DNA of 64,000 bases from Candidatus Fermentithermobacillaceae bacterium. GTDB lineage: Bacteria; Bacillota; Sulfobacillia; Fermentithermobacillales; DUSS01. The DNA is taken from NCBI GenBank assembly GCA_014896535.1, contig JADBKE010000008.1, forward strand, positions 118,438-182,437, written 5' to 3'. The translations under genes and the position numbers were made by a program. Every line of letters begins with the position of its first letter. Position 1 is the first letter of the stretch. Under the pieces are notes generated by a model that had not been told where the DNA came from, searched no databases, and was given only the letters and a program-made list of their open reading frames with translations. Of this stretch, positions 30,372 to 40,881 are shown piece after piece.

Positions 30372-31226
30372 TCAGGCCTGTGACCTCAAACTCTTGAGCG
30401 TTTGGACGTTTCTCTCGTCGTCTTCCGCCGAATCCTGTGGAGTTTCCAGAATGCCGGGTATGTCGGGGGGTAAAAGAGGCGAACCGAGGATGGCACGAAA
30501 TCCGTCGGCGCCGATTTTGCCTCGTCCAATGTGCTCGTGCCTGTCCACGTGCGAACCGCAGTCCCCTTTGGAATCGTTCATATGGATGACGCCCAGCCTG
30601 CTCAGACCAATACAACGGTCAAATTCCTTCAACGTGGCATCCACCGCGCGGGCAGAGGACAGGTCATACCCGGCAGCAAAGGCGTGGCACGTGTCGAGGC
30701 AGGCCCCCACCCGGTCTGCGGGCAGGTTTTCCAGCATCGCACCGATGACTTCAAACCTCCATCCGATCTCCCTGCCCTGCCCGGCTGTGTTTTCCAGGAG
30801 GATCTTGACCGGGCCTCGGTAGGCGTCGAGGGCACTCCGGATGCTATCGGTCACTCTCGCGATGGCCTGGGGGGACTCGGACTCCTCTCCGGGAGAAAGG
30901 TGGCCAAGATGCGTGACCAGATACTTCGCGCCCAGAGCCTCGCTTCTACCTAAATCCTCCACCAGAATCTCGATGGAAGCGAGGCGTTTTTCCCGGTCAG
31001 CGGAGGCAAGGTTGAGAAAATAAGGCACGTGAACCACAAGGGGCCAGATACCGAGGCGGTCAAACATTTCCTTCATTTTTTCGATGTCCCGGGAGTCGAG
31101 GGCGGAGGCTTTGCCTCCCCGCGGGCTTCTGGAGAAAACCTGCACGGTCTCGCAGCCCAGACGCTCAGCCCTCCGGGCCATGGCCTCCATTCCGCCCTGA
31201 ATCGATACGTGAATGCCTATTCTCAT
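30372..31226 (-). CDS. nfo: Endonuclease IV (AP endonuclease)
   Basis: MRIGIHVSI, VHVPYFLNLAS, LLENTAGQG, CLDTCHAFAAGYD, IHMNDSK, DRHEHIG, ILETP. Confidence 0.93.
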   Translation of the reverse strand: MRIGIHVSIQGGMEAMARRAERLGCETVQVFSRSPRGGKASALDSRDIEKMKEMFDRLGIWPLVVHVPYFLNLASADREKRLASIEILVEDLGRSEALGAKYLVTHLGHLSPGEESESPQAIARVTDSIRSALDAYRGPVKILLENTAGQGREIGWRFEVIGAMLENLPADRVGACLDTCHAFAAGYDLSSARAVDATLKEFDRCIGLSRLGVIHMNDSKGDCGSHVDRHEHIGRGKIGADGFRAILGSPLLPPDIPGILETPQDSAEDDERNVQTLKSLRSQA

Positions 31227-31391
31227 GGTCTTTTCCGAACCAACCCTACCGTCTGAAACTCTGGTTTTCGCCGGCGCCCGCTCGACTCTGGTGCTTTCCA
31301 CCGGTACTCACCGGTAACAGGCACCATTCAAAGACCCGAGGCAGGTCCGCCGCCTCAGCGCCGCTCCAACGGCACTACGCCTGCGCCCCGG

Positions 31392-33584
31392 TCAGCGTCG
31401 TTTCCCGCCTGGGCCGCCCTTCTCGAAAGCTTGCCTGGCGGCCTTAGTGCGGTCCTGATAAGGCTTCTTGTCCCCTTTCGGTGCGGAGTCACGACCGGAG
31501 ATCTCCCTGAGGGCCGCCTTTCTGGACAGGTTCACCCGCCCCAGATGGTCGATCTCGGTCACTTTCACAAGCACTTCGTCCCCTACGTTCAGGACGTCCT
31601 CGACGCGCCTGACCCGATCTTCGGAGAGCTCGCCGATCCGTACCAATCCCTCTTTACCGGGAAGGACCTCAACAAAGGCGCCGAACGGTGTGACTCTGGA
31701 TACTCTGCCCAGGTAGGTTCTGCCCACCTCAACGTCCTGGGTGAGTCCCAGGATAATGTCCCTTGCGCGCCGGCCGGAAGCTTCATCCTGAGCTGCTATG
31801 AAGACCCGCCCGTCCTGCTGGATGTCGATCTTAGCCCCAGTCTCGCTGATGATTTTGTTTATTGTCTTGCCTCCCGGTCCAATGATGTCCCTGATCTTAT
31901 CCGGGTCCACTTCCACAACCAAAATCCGCGGAGCATAGGGCGAAAGCTCGGACCTCGGCGCCGGGATGGCCTCCTTCATCTTCTCGAGAATGAAGAGCCG
32001 TGCCGCTCTCGCCTTCTCCAGGGCGATTTCCAGGACCTCCCTGGGAATCCCGGATATCTTTATATCCATCTGGAGGGCGGTTATCCCGTCCTTCGTCCCG
32101 GCCACCTTAAAGTCCATGTCTCCCATGGCATCTTCCATGCCCTGGATGTCGGTGAGGACCACGGGAGACTTTTCATCGTAAATCAAACCCATGGCGATAC
32201 CCGCCACCGGTGCCTTTATCGGCACCCCGGCGTCCATCAACGCCAGCGTAGAACCGCAAACCGAAGCCATCGACGTAGAACCGTTGGACTCCAGCACCTC
32301 GGAGACCACTCTGATCGTGTACGGAAACTCCTCTTCCCCCGGAATCACCGGTCGAAGAGCTCGCTCCGCCAGAGCGCCGTGTCCGATTTCCCTGCGGCCG
32401 GGCCCGCGCATGGGTCTGGTCTCACCGGTGCTGAAAGGCGGGAAGTTATAATGGTGGATGTAACGTTTGAATTCCTCGATCCCCGTGGTATCCAGTTCCT
32501 GGACGTCGCCGGTAGCACCCAGGGTCACCGCGCTCATGACCTGGGTCTGGCCCCGGGTGAAGAGAGCCGAACCGTGCACCCTGGGAAGCAAACCCACCTC
32601 GCACGTGATCGGCCTTATCTCATCAGGACCCCGGCCGTCCGGCCTCACCCCGGTCTCCAGAATCATGGACCTGACTTCGGCCTTGAGGACGTCGTGGAAA
32701 CCTTCGATTATCTCCTGAGTCCTGTCGGGAAACTCTTCCTCAAGCGCTTCGGTTACCTCCAGGAGGAGCTCGTCGATGGCCGCCTCCCGCGAAAGCTTCT
32801 CCTTCACCTTGAGGGCTTCCCTGATCTTCGGCACGGCGATCTCTCTTACCCGCTCCAGAACGTCGTTACCTACAGAGAAGATGACGGGCTCCACCTTGGG
32901 TTTACCTATTTCCTTCACTATCTGCTCCTGAAACTCCACGAGTTCCTTAATGACGGCGTGACCTGCCATTATGGCGTCGATTATGACGCTTTCGGGAACC
33001 TGGTTCGCGCCGGCTTCCACCATCAGGATGGCGTCCCGCGTGCCTGCCACGATGAGCGCCAGATCGGACGCTTCCGCCTGTTCCACATTGGGGTTAATCA
33101 CGATCTCTCCGTTGACCAGGCCGACTTCCACGGCGCCGATAGGGCCGTTGAAGGGAATGTCCGACACACATAACGCCGCAGAAGCGCCGATCATACCGGC
33201 GATTTCAGGGGAGTTGTTGTGATCGATGGATACGGGCAGAATAACGATCTGGACTTCGTTCCGGAAACCCTTGGGAAACAGCGGTCTTATAGGCCTGTCG
33301 GTAACGCGCGCCTGCAGGATCGCCTTTTCCGGAGGCCTGCCCTCCCGCCGGCCCCAGCTTCCGGGAATCCGCCCCACCGCGTACAACCTTTCTTCCACGT
33401 CCACGGTGAGGGGAAAGAAATCCACGCCTTCCTTGGGTTCCTTGGACATGACGGCCGTGACGAGTACAGCGGTGTCCCCGTAACGCACCATCACCGAACC
33501 GTTTGCTTGCTTCGCGAATTTGCCGAATTCCAGGACCAGTGGACGACCGCCCAGAGAAAACTCATACTTCCTGTACTCGTTCAA
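31392..33584 (-). CDS. pnp: Polyribonucleotide nucleotidyltransferase (PNPase)
   Basis: [61 protein letters not shown] and S1 domains. Confidence 0.97.
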   Translation of the reverse strand: MNEYRKYEFSLGGRPLVLEFGKFAKQANGSVMVRYGDTAVLVTAVMSKEPKEGVDFFPLTVDVEERLYAVGRIPGSWGRREGRPPEKAILQARVTDRPIRPLFPKGFRNEVQIVILPVSIDHNNSPEIAGMIGASAALCVSDIPFNGPIGAVEVGLVNGEIVINPNVEQAEASDLALIVAGTRDAILMVEAGANQVPESVIIDAIMAGHAVIKELVEFQEQIVKEIGKPKVEPVIFSVGNDVLERVREIAVPKIREALKVKEKLSREAAIDELLLEVTEALEEEFPDRTQEIIEGFHDVLKAEVRSMILETGVRPDGRGPDEIRPITCEVGLLPRVHGSALFTRGQTQVMSAVTLGATGDVQELDTTGIEEFKRYIHHYNFPPFSTGETRPMRGPGRREIGHGALAERALRPVIPGEEEFPYTIRVVSEVLESNGSTSMASVCGSTLALMDAGVPIKAPVAGIAMGLIYDEKSPVVLTDIQGMEDAMGDMDFKVAGTKDGITALQMDIKISGIPREVLEIALEKARAARLFILEKMKEAIPAPRSELSPYAPRILVVEVDPDKIRDIIGPGGKTINKIISETGAKIDIQQDGRVFIAAQDEASGRRARDIILGLTQDVEVGRTYLGRVSRVTPFGAFVEVLPGKEGLVRIGELSEDRVRRVEDVLNVGDEVLVKVTEIDHLGRVNLSRKAALREISGRDSAPKGDKKPYQDRTKAARQAFEKGGPGGKRR

Positions 33585-33603
33585 CTATTAACACCCTCTC
33601 GTG

Positions 33604-33873
33604 CTAGCCTCGCAGTCCAAGCTTCTCCACGATCGCGCGGTAACGTTCGGGCTCCTCCCTCGCAAGGTAGTTTAAAAGAGCTCTTCGCTTACCCACCATC
33701 TTCAAAAGGCCTCTGCGGCTATGGTGGTCCTTCTTGTGCACCTTGAGGTGCTCAGTGAGGTCGTCGATCCGCTTCGTCAAAAGCGCGATCTGGACCTCGG
33801 GAGAGCCCGTATCCTTTTCGTGGATTCTGAATTGGCTGATGATGGCTTGTTTCTCGTTGCTTGCCAGAGCCAA
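33604..33873 (-). CDS. rpsO: 30S ribosomal protein S15
   Basis: [32 protein letters not shown]; TTG start 33873 after AGGAGG. Confidence 0.97.
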   Translation of the reverse strand: MALASNEKQAIISQFRIHEKDTGSPEVQIALLTKRIDDLTEHLKVHKKDHHSRRGLLKMVGKRRALLNYLAREEPERYRAIVEKLGLRG

Positions 33874-33894
33874 AGAAAACACCTCCTGGGATAG

Positions 33895-33952
33895 CCAGTT
33901 GCTCCAAGCTCAGTCCGCCGCCGGAGGAACGAGCGTCCGGGCAAGGAGTCCA
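33895..33952 (-). promoter_or_regulatory. Putative S15 autoregulatory leader RNA
   Basis: Stem-loop just upstream of the rpsO RBS (CUCC..GC..CGC-CG-UUCCUCCGG-CG-GCG..GAGC..GGAG) with a CUCCG loop like Firmicutes rpsO leaders. Confidence 0.45.
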
Positions 33953-33968
33953 TGCGGCTGAATCTTGT

Positions 33969-34982
33969 TCACCGCTGCGATTCTATCACATGTAAGACGT
34001 CCCTGGCGACCTGGTCCCTGAGCTCCTCGACCGAGGCGAACTTCTTTTCGTCCCTCAGCCGCCTCAAAAACTCCACCCGCAGCTGTTGCCCATATAAATT
34101 CCCCGACCAGGCCGGTATATGCACCTCGAGATGGAGACGCCTCTCCCCGAAGGTGGGACAAGTGCCGACGTTGGCGACGGCGGCCCTCCCGGCGAAGGCC
34201 GGCTCCGTACCTGAATCTGCCAGGGTCGCCTCCCGGTGTACACGTTCTTCCAGAGCCCCCGGGTACACCCGGCATGCGTACACCCCCGGTGCCGGCAGCA
34301 GCTTTTGAGGGTGCACATCGAGGTTCGCCGTGGGAAAGCCGAGGAGCCTTCCCCGACCTTCTCCCCGCCCGACAATGCCTTCCACGCTGTAGGCCCGGCC
34401 AAGGAGCTCCCCGGCCTTCTCAACATCGCCTTCGACCAGGGCCCGCCTTATGGCGGTGCTGGAGACGACTTCGCCCCTCCTCATCACCGGCGGCACAATG
34501 ACCGCCTCGAAACCCAGCTCCTTTCCGAACTCCACCAGATCCTGAGCTTTTCCACTGGCCCGGAAGCCGAAGGTGAAGTTGAAACCAACCACCACAACGC
34601 GGGCCTTCAGCTGCTCGACCAGGAAAATCCTGGCGAACTCCCGGGGCTCCGTCTTCATGAGGTCCGGGGTGAAAGGAATGACGCGGAGGTAATCTACGCC
34701 AAAGGATTCTATAAGTCGCGCCTTTTCCTCGAGCGGAGTAAGAAGGTCCGGCGGCGCCCCAACCCGATCCCCGGACCCGGCCAAACCCCTCGAAACCAGT
34801 GTGGCAGGGTGGGGTTCAAAAGTGACAACCACCGTAACGCCTCCGCAAGCTTCGGCCCTGCCCCGGGCAACCCGAAAGAGCTCCTGGTGACCCAGGTGAA
34901 CCCCGTCGAAGAACCCGAGGCAAGCTACCACTCGCGCCCGTTCGGGAATATCGTCGGTCCAATGCAGCATTTTCTTGGCCAT
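33969..34982 (-). CDS. ribF: Bifunctional riboflavin kinase/FAD synthetase
   Basis: GFFDGVHLGHQ, TFEPHP, VSSTAIR, GRLLGFPTAN, RLRDEKKF. Confidence 0.95.
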   Translation of the reverse strand: MAKKMLHWTDDIPERARVVACLGFFDGVHLGHQELFRVARGRAEACGGVTVVVTFEPHPATLVSRGLAGSGDRVGAPPDLLTPLEEKARLIESFGVDYLRVIPFTPDLMKTEPREFARIFLVEQLKARVVVVGFNFTFGFRASGKAQDLVEFGKELGFEAVIVPPVMRRGEVVSSTAIRRALVEGDVEKAGELLGRAYSVEGIVGRGEGRGRLLGFPTANLDVHPQKLLPAPGVYACRVYPGALEERVHREATLADSGTEPAFAGRAAVANVGTCPTFGERRLHLEVHIPAWSGNLYGQQLRVEFLRRLRDEKKFASVEELRDQVARDVLHVIESQR

Positions 34983-35051
34983 CTATGAACCCTCTTCCGT
35001 CATGACCGATGCGATTAAACTGGTTAGTGAATTTCGGCGGCCAACCGAGCT

Positions 35052-35978
35052 TCACGAACTTATGAGAACTTTTTCGTAACGGATCCGGTCGTCTTCATGT
35101 TCAAGGCGCATCAAGGCAACAACTTCTCCGTTCCGGTCCACGAGAAAGAACAATCCCGGATGACCTGAACTCGAAAGAACGTTTCGTACGGCACCCGGTA
35201 TCAGCGACGCCTTCAGCGGGGCTCCATTCTTGACCGCCTGGACGACATCCGGGCCAACCGGGAAAGCCGGAAACTCGGGTAGACACTTCGTCGGAGAAAG
35301 CACAGCTTCGTGGAGCCTACCTAACCTCTTGAGCTCGAGCAGCTTTTCCGGGGAATACCCGTCCTGTATCCGGAACGGACCCGCCCTGGTCCGCTCGAGA
35401 CGGGATACTGTAGCTCCTGTACCAACCAGCTCCCCGAGACGCTGGGCCAGGGCCCTCACGTAAGTACCCTTGCCTACTCGCAGGTGGAAGGTCGCCCTGG
35501 GCCTCACACCTTCCTTCCACCTGACCAGCGAGAACTCGTATACTATTACCTTCCTGGGCTTCGGCTGGACAGTTTCCCCTCTCCTCGCAAGCTCGTAAAG
35601 TTTTTTTCCAGACACTTTTACCGCGGAAAACAGGGGAGGAACCTGACTTATCTCCCCAGTCAGCAGGGGAAGCACCTCGAGAACTCGATCTCTCGTCAGG
35701 CCCGAGCAATCTTTGCAGGACACCACCTCGCCCGTCACATCTCCGGTATTCGTCGTAATTCCGAACGTAAACTCCGCTTCGTACTCCTTATCCTTCTGTA
35801 TCAGGTACTCTGTGAGCTTGCGGCTCGCGCCGAGGGCCAGCGGAAGAACCCCCGTGGCCATGGGGTCCAGGGTACCGAGGTGACCCGTCTTCCTTTCGCC
35901 AGAAAGCTTCCGGAACCAAACCACGGCGTCATGCGAGGTCATGCCAGCGGGCTTGAGGAAGTTGAGAAAACCGTTCAT
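35052..35978 (-). CDS. truB: tRNA pseudouridine(55) synthase
   Basis: KPAGMTSHD, GHLGTLDPMATGVL, QVPPLFSAVKVSGKKLYELAR, KGTYVRAL. Confidence 0.96.
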   Translation of the reverse strand: MNGFLNFLKPAGMTSHDAVVWFRKLSGERKTGHLGTLDPMATGVLPLALGASRKLTEYLIQKDKEYEAEFTFGITTNTGDVTGEVVSCKDCSGLTRDRVLEVLPLLTGEISQVPPLFSAVKVSGKKLYELARRGETVQPKPRKVIVYEFSLVRWKEGVRPRATFHLRVGKGTYVRALAQRLGELVGTGATVSRLERTRAGPFRIQDGYSPEKLLELKRLGRLHEAVLSPTKCLPEFPAFPVGPDVVQAVKNGAPLKASLIPGAVRNVLSSSGHPGLFFLVDRNGEVVALMRLEHEDDRIRYEKVLISS

Positions 35979-36991
35979 GCCTTGACCACGAGGTCGGGAT
36001 CCTGCTCGAGAACTCTGCGGACCTCTTCTAAAACCAGAGTTTTTACCTCGGGAAGGGTTTTACCTTTGATAAGCGCCCCTGCCGCCCTGGGATGACCGCC
36101 TCCGCCGAACGTCTCGGCAATCCGGGCGGCGTCTACGGTGCGCCTGGTCCTGAAGCTGACGTGCACTCCTTCGTCCGCCTCCCTGAACTGCACCGCCACC
36201 ATGACTCCCTGTATGGAGCGGGGATAAGTGATGATCCCTTCGGTATCCTCGGAGGTCGCCGCGACCTTCTTCATCATTTCTCTGGTCACGGATACGCACG
36301 CGATCTTGCCGCCGGCGTGGATCTCCAGGGTCTGAAGGGCTTCACCCAGGAGCATCACCGACGAAAGAGGCTTGGCTTCGTAAACCAGTTCGGAGATCTC
36401 CTGGGGACGTGCCCCCCTTTCTATCAGATCGGCAGCCATCCGGAGCGCCCTCGGAGTGGTGTTTTCGTACCTGAAGCTCCCAGTATCGGTGAGGACCGCC
36501 ACATACAGGCACGCAGCTATCCGGGCGTCAATGTTAACCCCGAGTTCTCGAAAAAAGTGCCACAGGATTTCCCCGGTGGCCGCGGCTGAAGGGTCCACCA
36601 GCACCGCGTCGCCGAACTTGGTGTTGGACACGTGGTGATCTATGTTTATCCAGTACTTAGCCTTTTTGGCGAAAGGCAGGGCATGCCCGCAGCGTTCGGG
36701 TTCCCCGCAATCCAGAAAAATAGCTACTTCGGCATAAAAGTCAGCCAGGTCCAGGTATCCCGTCCTGGTAAAATGCTCTTGACCGGGAAGAAAATCGTAG
36801 ATCACCGGGTGGGGATCGTCGGAAACGATAAGGGCCTGCTTTCCCCAGTTCTCTAACGCAAGGGCCAGCGCGAGGCTCGAACCCACGCAGTCGCCATCGG
36901 GTTTTTCGTGTTCCAGGATAACAAACCTCCGATGCGAAAGGACGAGCTCTCTCGCCCGCGCCAGCCCTTCGCTCGCCCAGTTATGTGTCAC
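35975..36991 (-). CDS. nrnA: DHH/DHHA1 nanoRNase/pAp phosphatase
   Basis: HEKPDGDCVGS, NIDHH, TDTGSF, GGGGHPRAAG; typical position between rbfA and truB. Confidence 0.9.
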   Translation of the reverse strand: MTHNWASEGLARARELVLSHRRFVILEHEKPDGDCVGSSLALALALENWGKQALIVSDDPHPVIYDFLPGQEHFTRTGYLDLADFYAEVAIFLDCGEPERCGHALPFAKKAKYWINIDHHVSNTKFGDAVLVDPSAAATGEILWHFFRELGVNIDARIAACLYVAVLTDTGSFRYENTTPRALRMAADLIERGARPQEISELVYEAKPLSSVMLLGEALQTLEIHAGGKIACVSVTREMMKKVAATSEDTEGIITYPRSIQGVMVAVQFREADEGVHVSFRTRRTVDAARIAETFGGGGHPRAAGALIKGKTLPEVKTLVLEEVRRVLEQDPDLVVKA

Positions 36992-37054
36992 AAGCTCACC
37001 TCCGCTCTTCCTGCACCGCCCGTTCGTCTCCGGCTCCGAAGGGAAATACCCGGA

Positions 37055-37429
37055 CTACGCAGACGTATTGTCGCCCTCCGGTGCCGGCTTGTCTCCGGCA
37101 ACCTTCCGGAGGATCTCCGAAACCCTGACACTGTGTTCGATACCCTCGTCGAGCACGAACATGAGTTCGGGAGCGCGTCTCAAATCCAGACCCCGGGCCA
37201 CCTCCGACCTTATGAGACCCTGGGCACTTCTGAGACCCTCCATCGTAGCTTCCTTTTCCTGGGGCGAACCCAGGATGCTCACGCGTATCTTGGCCAGAGA
37301 CAGATCTTTCGTCACTTCCACTGCCACTACGCTGACAAATCCGATCCTGGGGTCCTTTATCCTCTCCCGGAGCGTCTCCGAAACTATCTCTCGTATGACG
37401 GCAGCGACCCTTTCCTCCCGACCGGGCAT
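37055..37429 (-). CDS. rbfA: Ribosome-binding factor A
   Basis: IKDPRIGFVSV, VEVTKDLSLAK, LRRAPELMFVLD. Confidence 0.95.
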   Translation of the reverse strand: MPGREERVAAVIREIVSETLRERIKDPRIGFVSVVAVEVTKDLSLAKIRVSILGSPQEKEATMEGLRSAQGLIRSEVARGLDLRRAPELMFVLDEGIEHSVRVSEILRKVAGDKPAPEGDNTSA

Positions 37430-37446
37430 GACCCTTCACCCCTTGC

Positions 37447-37728
37447 TCAGAGGATTTCCACAAGGAGCTCCGACACTTCCCCATCCACATTGGACTCAAT
37501 CCATTCCGCAGCACTCCGAATGACCTGTTCGGCATGGGCACGCCGGTTGGATACGCAGGCCAAGCCCAAAGTGGCATGGTTGTACGTGTCGTTGTCGTCC
37601 AGCTCCGCGCACGCGACGTTGAACTTCCTTCTCACACGAACCATGAGTCCTCCCAGGCGCTGCCTTTTCTCTTTGAGGGACTGCACACCCGGAAGGACTA
37701 TCTTGAGGACGCAAGTCCCCACCACCAT
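37447..37728 (-). CDS. ylxP: DUF503 family protein
   Basis: MVVG...SLKEKR...RKFNVACAE; position between infB and rbfA. Confidence 0.9.
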   Translation of the reverse strand: MVVGTCVLKIVLPGVQSLKEKRQRLGGLMVRVRRKFNVACAELDDNDTYNHATLGLACVSNRRAHAEQVIRSAAEWIESNVDGEVSELLVEIL

Positions 37729-37752
37729 GCCACGATCCCCTCCGGACTCTCC

Positions 37753-40389
37753 CTACTCTGGTAGGACCTTCTTAACAGTGTAGACTTCTATTACGTCGCC
37801 CGGCTTCACATCCTGGAACCGTTCGAGACCGATGCCGCACTCGTAGCCAGCGGCAACCTCGGAAACGTCGTCCTTGAACCTCCTGAGAGACGCGATTTTG
37901 CCCTCGTAGACCACGGTTCCGTCCCTCACCAAACGGGCTCCGTAGTTCCTCGCCACCTTGCCATCGTTGACGTAGCAGCCAGCCACAGTGCCCACTTTCG
38001 GAACGTGGAAAGTGGCCCTGACTTCCGCGTGGCCCACGATGACCTCTTCGAGCCTGGGCTTCAAGAGCCCCTTCTTCATAGCTTCCACGTCGTCCAGGAG
38101 ATCGTAGATCACGCGATAGGTTCTGATCTCCACGTTTTGTTCTTCGGCCGCTTTCTTAGCGTTGGCGTCCGGTCTCACATTAAATCCCAGGACTGTGGCG
38201 TTTGAAGCCTTTGCCAGCATCACATCGGATTCGATTATGGCGCCGACTCCGGAATGCACTATTTCGAGCTTTGTCGGTCCCTCTTGGGCGCTCCTGAGAG
38301 CCTGAAGGATGGCCTCGAGAGACCCCTGAACGTCTGCCTTCACGATGAGCCGGAGCTCGGGTGCTTTTTCTTTTTCTTGCGATACCAGGTCCTCCAGGGT
38401 CATATGATGCACCTGAGTGAGCTCCTGAGCCCTTCTCTCCATCTTTCGCTTTTCTGCGATCTCTTTCGCGAGACGCTCATCGTCAACCACCAGGAATCTG
38501 TCTCCCGCTTGAGGCAGGTCCTCGAGGCCGACGATTTCCACCGGCGTAGACGGACCGGCTTTCTTGACCTGCCGGCCCCTTCCGTCGAACATGGCCCGAA
38601 TCCGTCCCCACGTAGTATCGGTGATGATGACGTCGCCGGTTTTCAGCACGCCGGACCTGACCAACGCGGTTCCGACGGGACCCAAGCCTTTATCCATCCT
38701 GGACTCGATTATGGTCCCTCTCGCCCTTCGCGTGGGATCGGCCTTAAGCTCCTGCATCTCGGCCACCAGGAGGATAATTTCCAGCAGGTCCTTCAAGCCC
38801 TGACCGGTCTTGGCGGACACCGGAACGCAGACCACGTCGCCGCCCCATTCCTCCGGCACAAGGCCGATTTCCGAGAGCTGCTTCATCACACGCTCCACTT
38901 TTGCCCCGGGTTTGTCTATCTTGTTGATGGCCACCACGATCGGCACTTTTGCTGCTCTTGCGTGGTTGGCCGCTTCTATGGTCTGGGGCATTACACCGTC
39001 GTCGGCTGCCACAACCAGAACAGCGATGTCAGTCACCTGGGCGCCCCTGGCCCTCATGGCCGTAAAAGCTTCGTGCCCGGGGGTATCGAGGAATATGATC
39101 TTCTTGCCCTCGTGCTCTACCACAGAAGCGCCGATGTGCTGCGTGATCCCTCCGGCCTCGTGCGCCGTCACGTTCGTATGCCTGATGGCATCCAGAAGAG
39201 AGGTCTTCCCATGGTCCACGTGACCCATCACGGTCACCACTGGCGGCCTCGGCACCGATTTAGCCGGATCATCCGGCTCTTCCAGTTCCCGAAGGATCAT
39301 CTGCTCCACGGGTATCTCCGGTTCCTTGACCGTAACCGAGCAGCCGAGTTTTTCCGCCACCGCGGCAGCCAGATCCGCGGGCACGTTCTGGTTGATGTTG
39401 ATAAGCCGGCCCATGGACATCAGAAGGCGGAGGATCACCGGAACCGGGGCTCCCACCAGCGACGAAAGCTCCCTCACGGGGATGTCTCCCTGAATGGTGA
39501 CACGCCTGGGCCCTTTTACGTCGGCCTTCCCTCGAGTTCCGTTCACGCTCTCCTCCTTCTGACTCCGCGCAGCCGGACGCGCGCCGACCGAAACGCTGGT
39601 GCCGGCAGCAGAAGCGCCGCTTCCGCCAGAGCTCGCGGCTCGGTTACCGGCCGTCTGAACTCGAGCCGGCCGGGCACCCGGTGCCGGAGCGACATCTGCC
39701 CGTCCACCGGCGACCGGAGAGGCCGCCCGAGCGTCGGTTCCAGCAGAGCCATCCCGCTGTGCGCCAGTCACTGCACCGGGACCACCCCGTTGCGGGGCTG
39801 CCGTCCCGGCTACAACCCGCCCGACGCGCGCCCGCGCCTCGCCAGGGCCTGCACCACCCTTGGTTGTTCTGGCTCCCGCATCACCTGTGCTGGCAGCCCC
39901 TCCAGGGCTGGTTGCGCGAGCAGCGGATGCGCGTGCCCCCGCCGGAGCACTGGTCGCCGCGCCGGTTCGACCTGCTACGACCCCCGACGAGGTCTCTGGC
40001 GCCTCCGCTTTCGTCTCCGATCCCCTTGGCGTTCCCGTTCCTTTTGCCGTTTCCGTAGCTTGCGGTGTCCCCTTCGCCGTTTCCGTCACCCTTGTTCTAT
40101 CCGTTGCCTTCGCTGTTGGCGTTGCCCTTGCTGTTTCGGTTGCCTTCGCTGCTGCAGTTGCCCGCGCTTCTGTTCCGGGCGCATGTGGTTGCTTGGAAGC
40201 TCTTGCCTGCGACGTTCCCTGAGAAGTTCCTGCGATCGCCTTTCGAACTTTATCAGCGACGTCGTCACTTACTGCGGCCATATGGTTTTTAGCTGGAACT
40301 CCCAACAAATTTAATACGTCCAACACTTTCTTGGAATCCACGGAAAGCTCTTTAGCCAGTTCATATACGCGCATTCTGTTTTCAGTCAT
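37753..40389 (-). CDS. infB: Translation initiation factor IF-2
   Basis: [49 protein letters not shown]. Confidence 0.97.
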   Translation of the reverse strand: MTENRMRVYELAKELSVDSKKVLDVLNLLGVPAKNHMAAVSDDVADKVRKAIAGTSQGTSQARASKQPHAPGTEARATAAAKATETARATPTAKATDRTRVTETAKGTPQATETAKGTGTPRGSETKAEAPETSSGVVAGRTGAATSAPAGARASAARATSPGGAASTGDAGARTTKGGAGPGEARARVGRVVAGTAAPQRGGPGAVTGAQRDGSAGTDARAASPVAGGRADVAPAPGARPARVQTAGNRAASSGGSGASAAGTSVSVGARPAARSQKEESVNGTRGKADVKGPRRVTIQGDIPVRELSSLVGAPVPVILRLLMSMGRLININQNVPADLAAAVAEKLGCSVTVKEPEIPVEQMILRELEEPDDPAKSVPRPPVVTVMGHVDHGKTSLLDAIRHTNVTAHEAGGITQHIGASVVEHEGKKIIFLDTPGHEAFTAMRARGAQVTDIAVLVVAADDGVMPQTIEAANHARAAKVPIVVAINKIDKPGAKVERVMKQLSEIGLVPEEWGGDVVCVPVSAKTGQGLKDLLEIILLVAEMQELKADPTRRARGTIIESRMDKGLGPVGTALVRSGVLKTGDVIITDTTWGRIRAMFDGRGRQVKKAGPSTPVEIVGLEDLPQAGDRFLVVDDERLAKEIAEKRKMERRAQELTQVHHMTLEDLVSQEKEKAPELRLIVKADVQGSLEAILQALRSAQEGPTKLEIVHSGVGAIIESDVMLAKASNATVLGFNVRPDANAKKAAEEQNVEIRTYRVIYDLLDDVEAMKKGLLKPRLEEVIVGHAEVRATFHVPKVGTVAGCYVNDGKVARNYGARLVRDGTVVYEGKIASLRRFKDDVSEVAAGYECGIGLERFQDVKPGDVIEVYTVKKVLPE
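40006..40173 (-). repeat. 18-bp (hexapeptide xxA[K/R][A/G]T) tandem repeats in the IF-2 N-terminal linker
   Basis: [36 protein letters not shown]...ETAKGT; on the + strand, recurring gttgccttcgct and gccgtttccgt units. Confidence 0.75.
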
Positions 40390-40411
40390 GAACTCACCCC
40401 CATTCCCCGTC

Positions 40412-40696
40412 TCACAATGCGCCGCCCTTCGATTGAATCTCCCTTATCCTGTCCCTGAGCTTTTCAATCACGGCGGACTCGGGGGATACGCCGAGCGCCT
40501 TCTCCCATCGTCGCCCTCGAGTAGCCTCTTCAAGGCACTTTTCGTCCGGGCAGATATATGCCCCGCGCCCGGAACGCTTTCCGGTGGTATCGAGTTCTAC
40601 AACACCCTCAGGGGTTCGAACCACCCTGACTAACTCGCGCTTGGGTCGCACCGTCCTGCACCCAATGCACGTCCTGAGCGGTACCCTCCTCGGCAT
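40412..40696 (-). CDS. ylxR: YlxR/RnpM (DUF448) RNA-binding protein
   Basis: PLRTCIGCR, KRELVRVV, GRGAYICPDEKC. Confidence 0.93.
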   Translation of the reverse strand: MPRRVPLRTCIGCRTVRPKRELVRVVRTPEGVVELDTTGKRSGRGAYICPDEKCLEEATRGRRWEKALGVSPESAVIEKLRDRIREIQSKGGAL

Positions 40697-40881
40697 GGTC
40701 CCCCTCCTTTCAGTCTGTCAGTCCGCCACGTCCGACGGACCCCGCAGTCCGTCATCCCGGACGGCACACCAGCACCGAGAAATCCGAAACCGCCTTCGCC
40801 ACATCGCTCGCCGCACAGCTTCTCACTGCACAACTCGTCTCCGGACAGCTTCTAACCCGGCCCGTCAGCTCGATCGCTGAA

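Noticed and set aside
38254-40314. 686-aa plus-strand ORF with a Cys/Arg-rich repetitive tail (CRFRSLRC...)
   Set aside because: Antisense to infB; the Cys pattern simply mirrors the IF-2 hexapeptide repeats.
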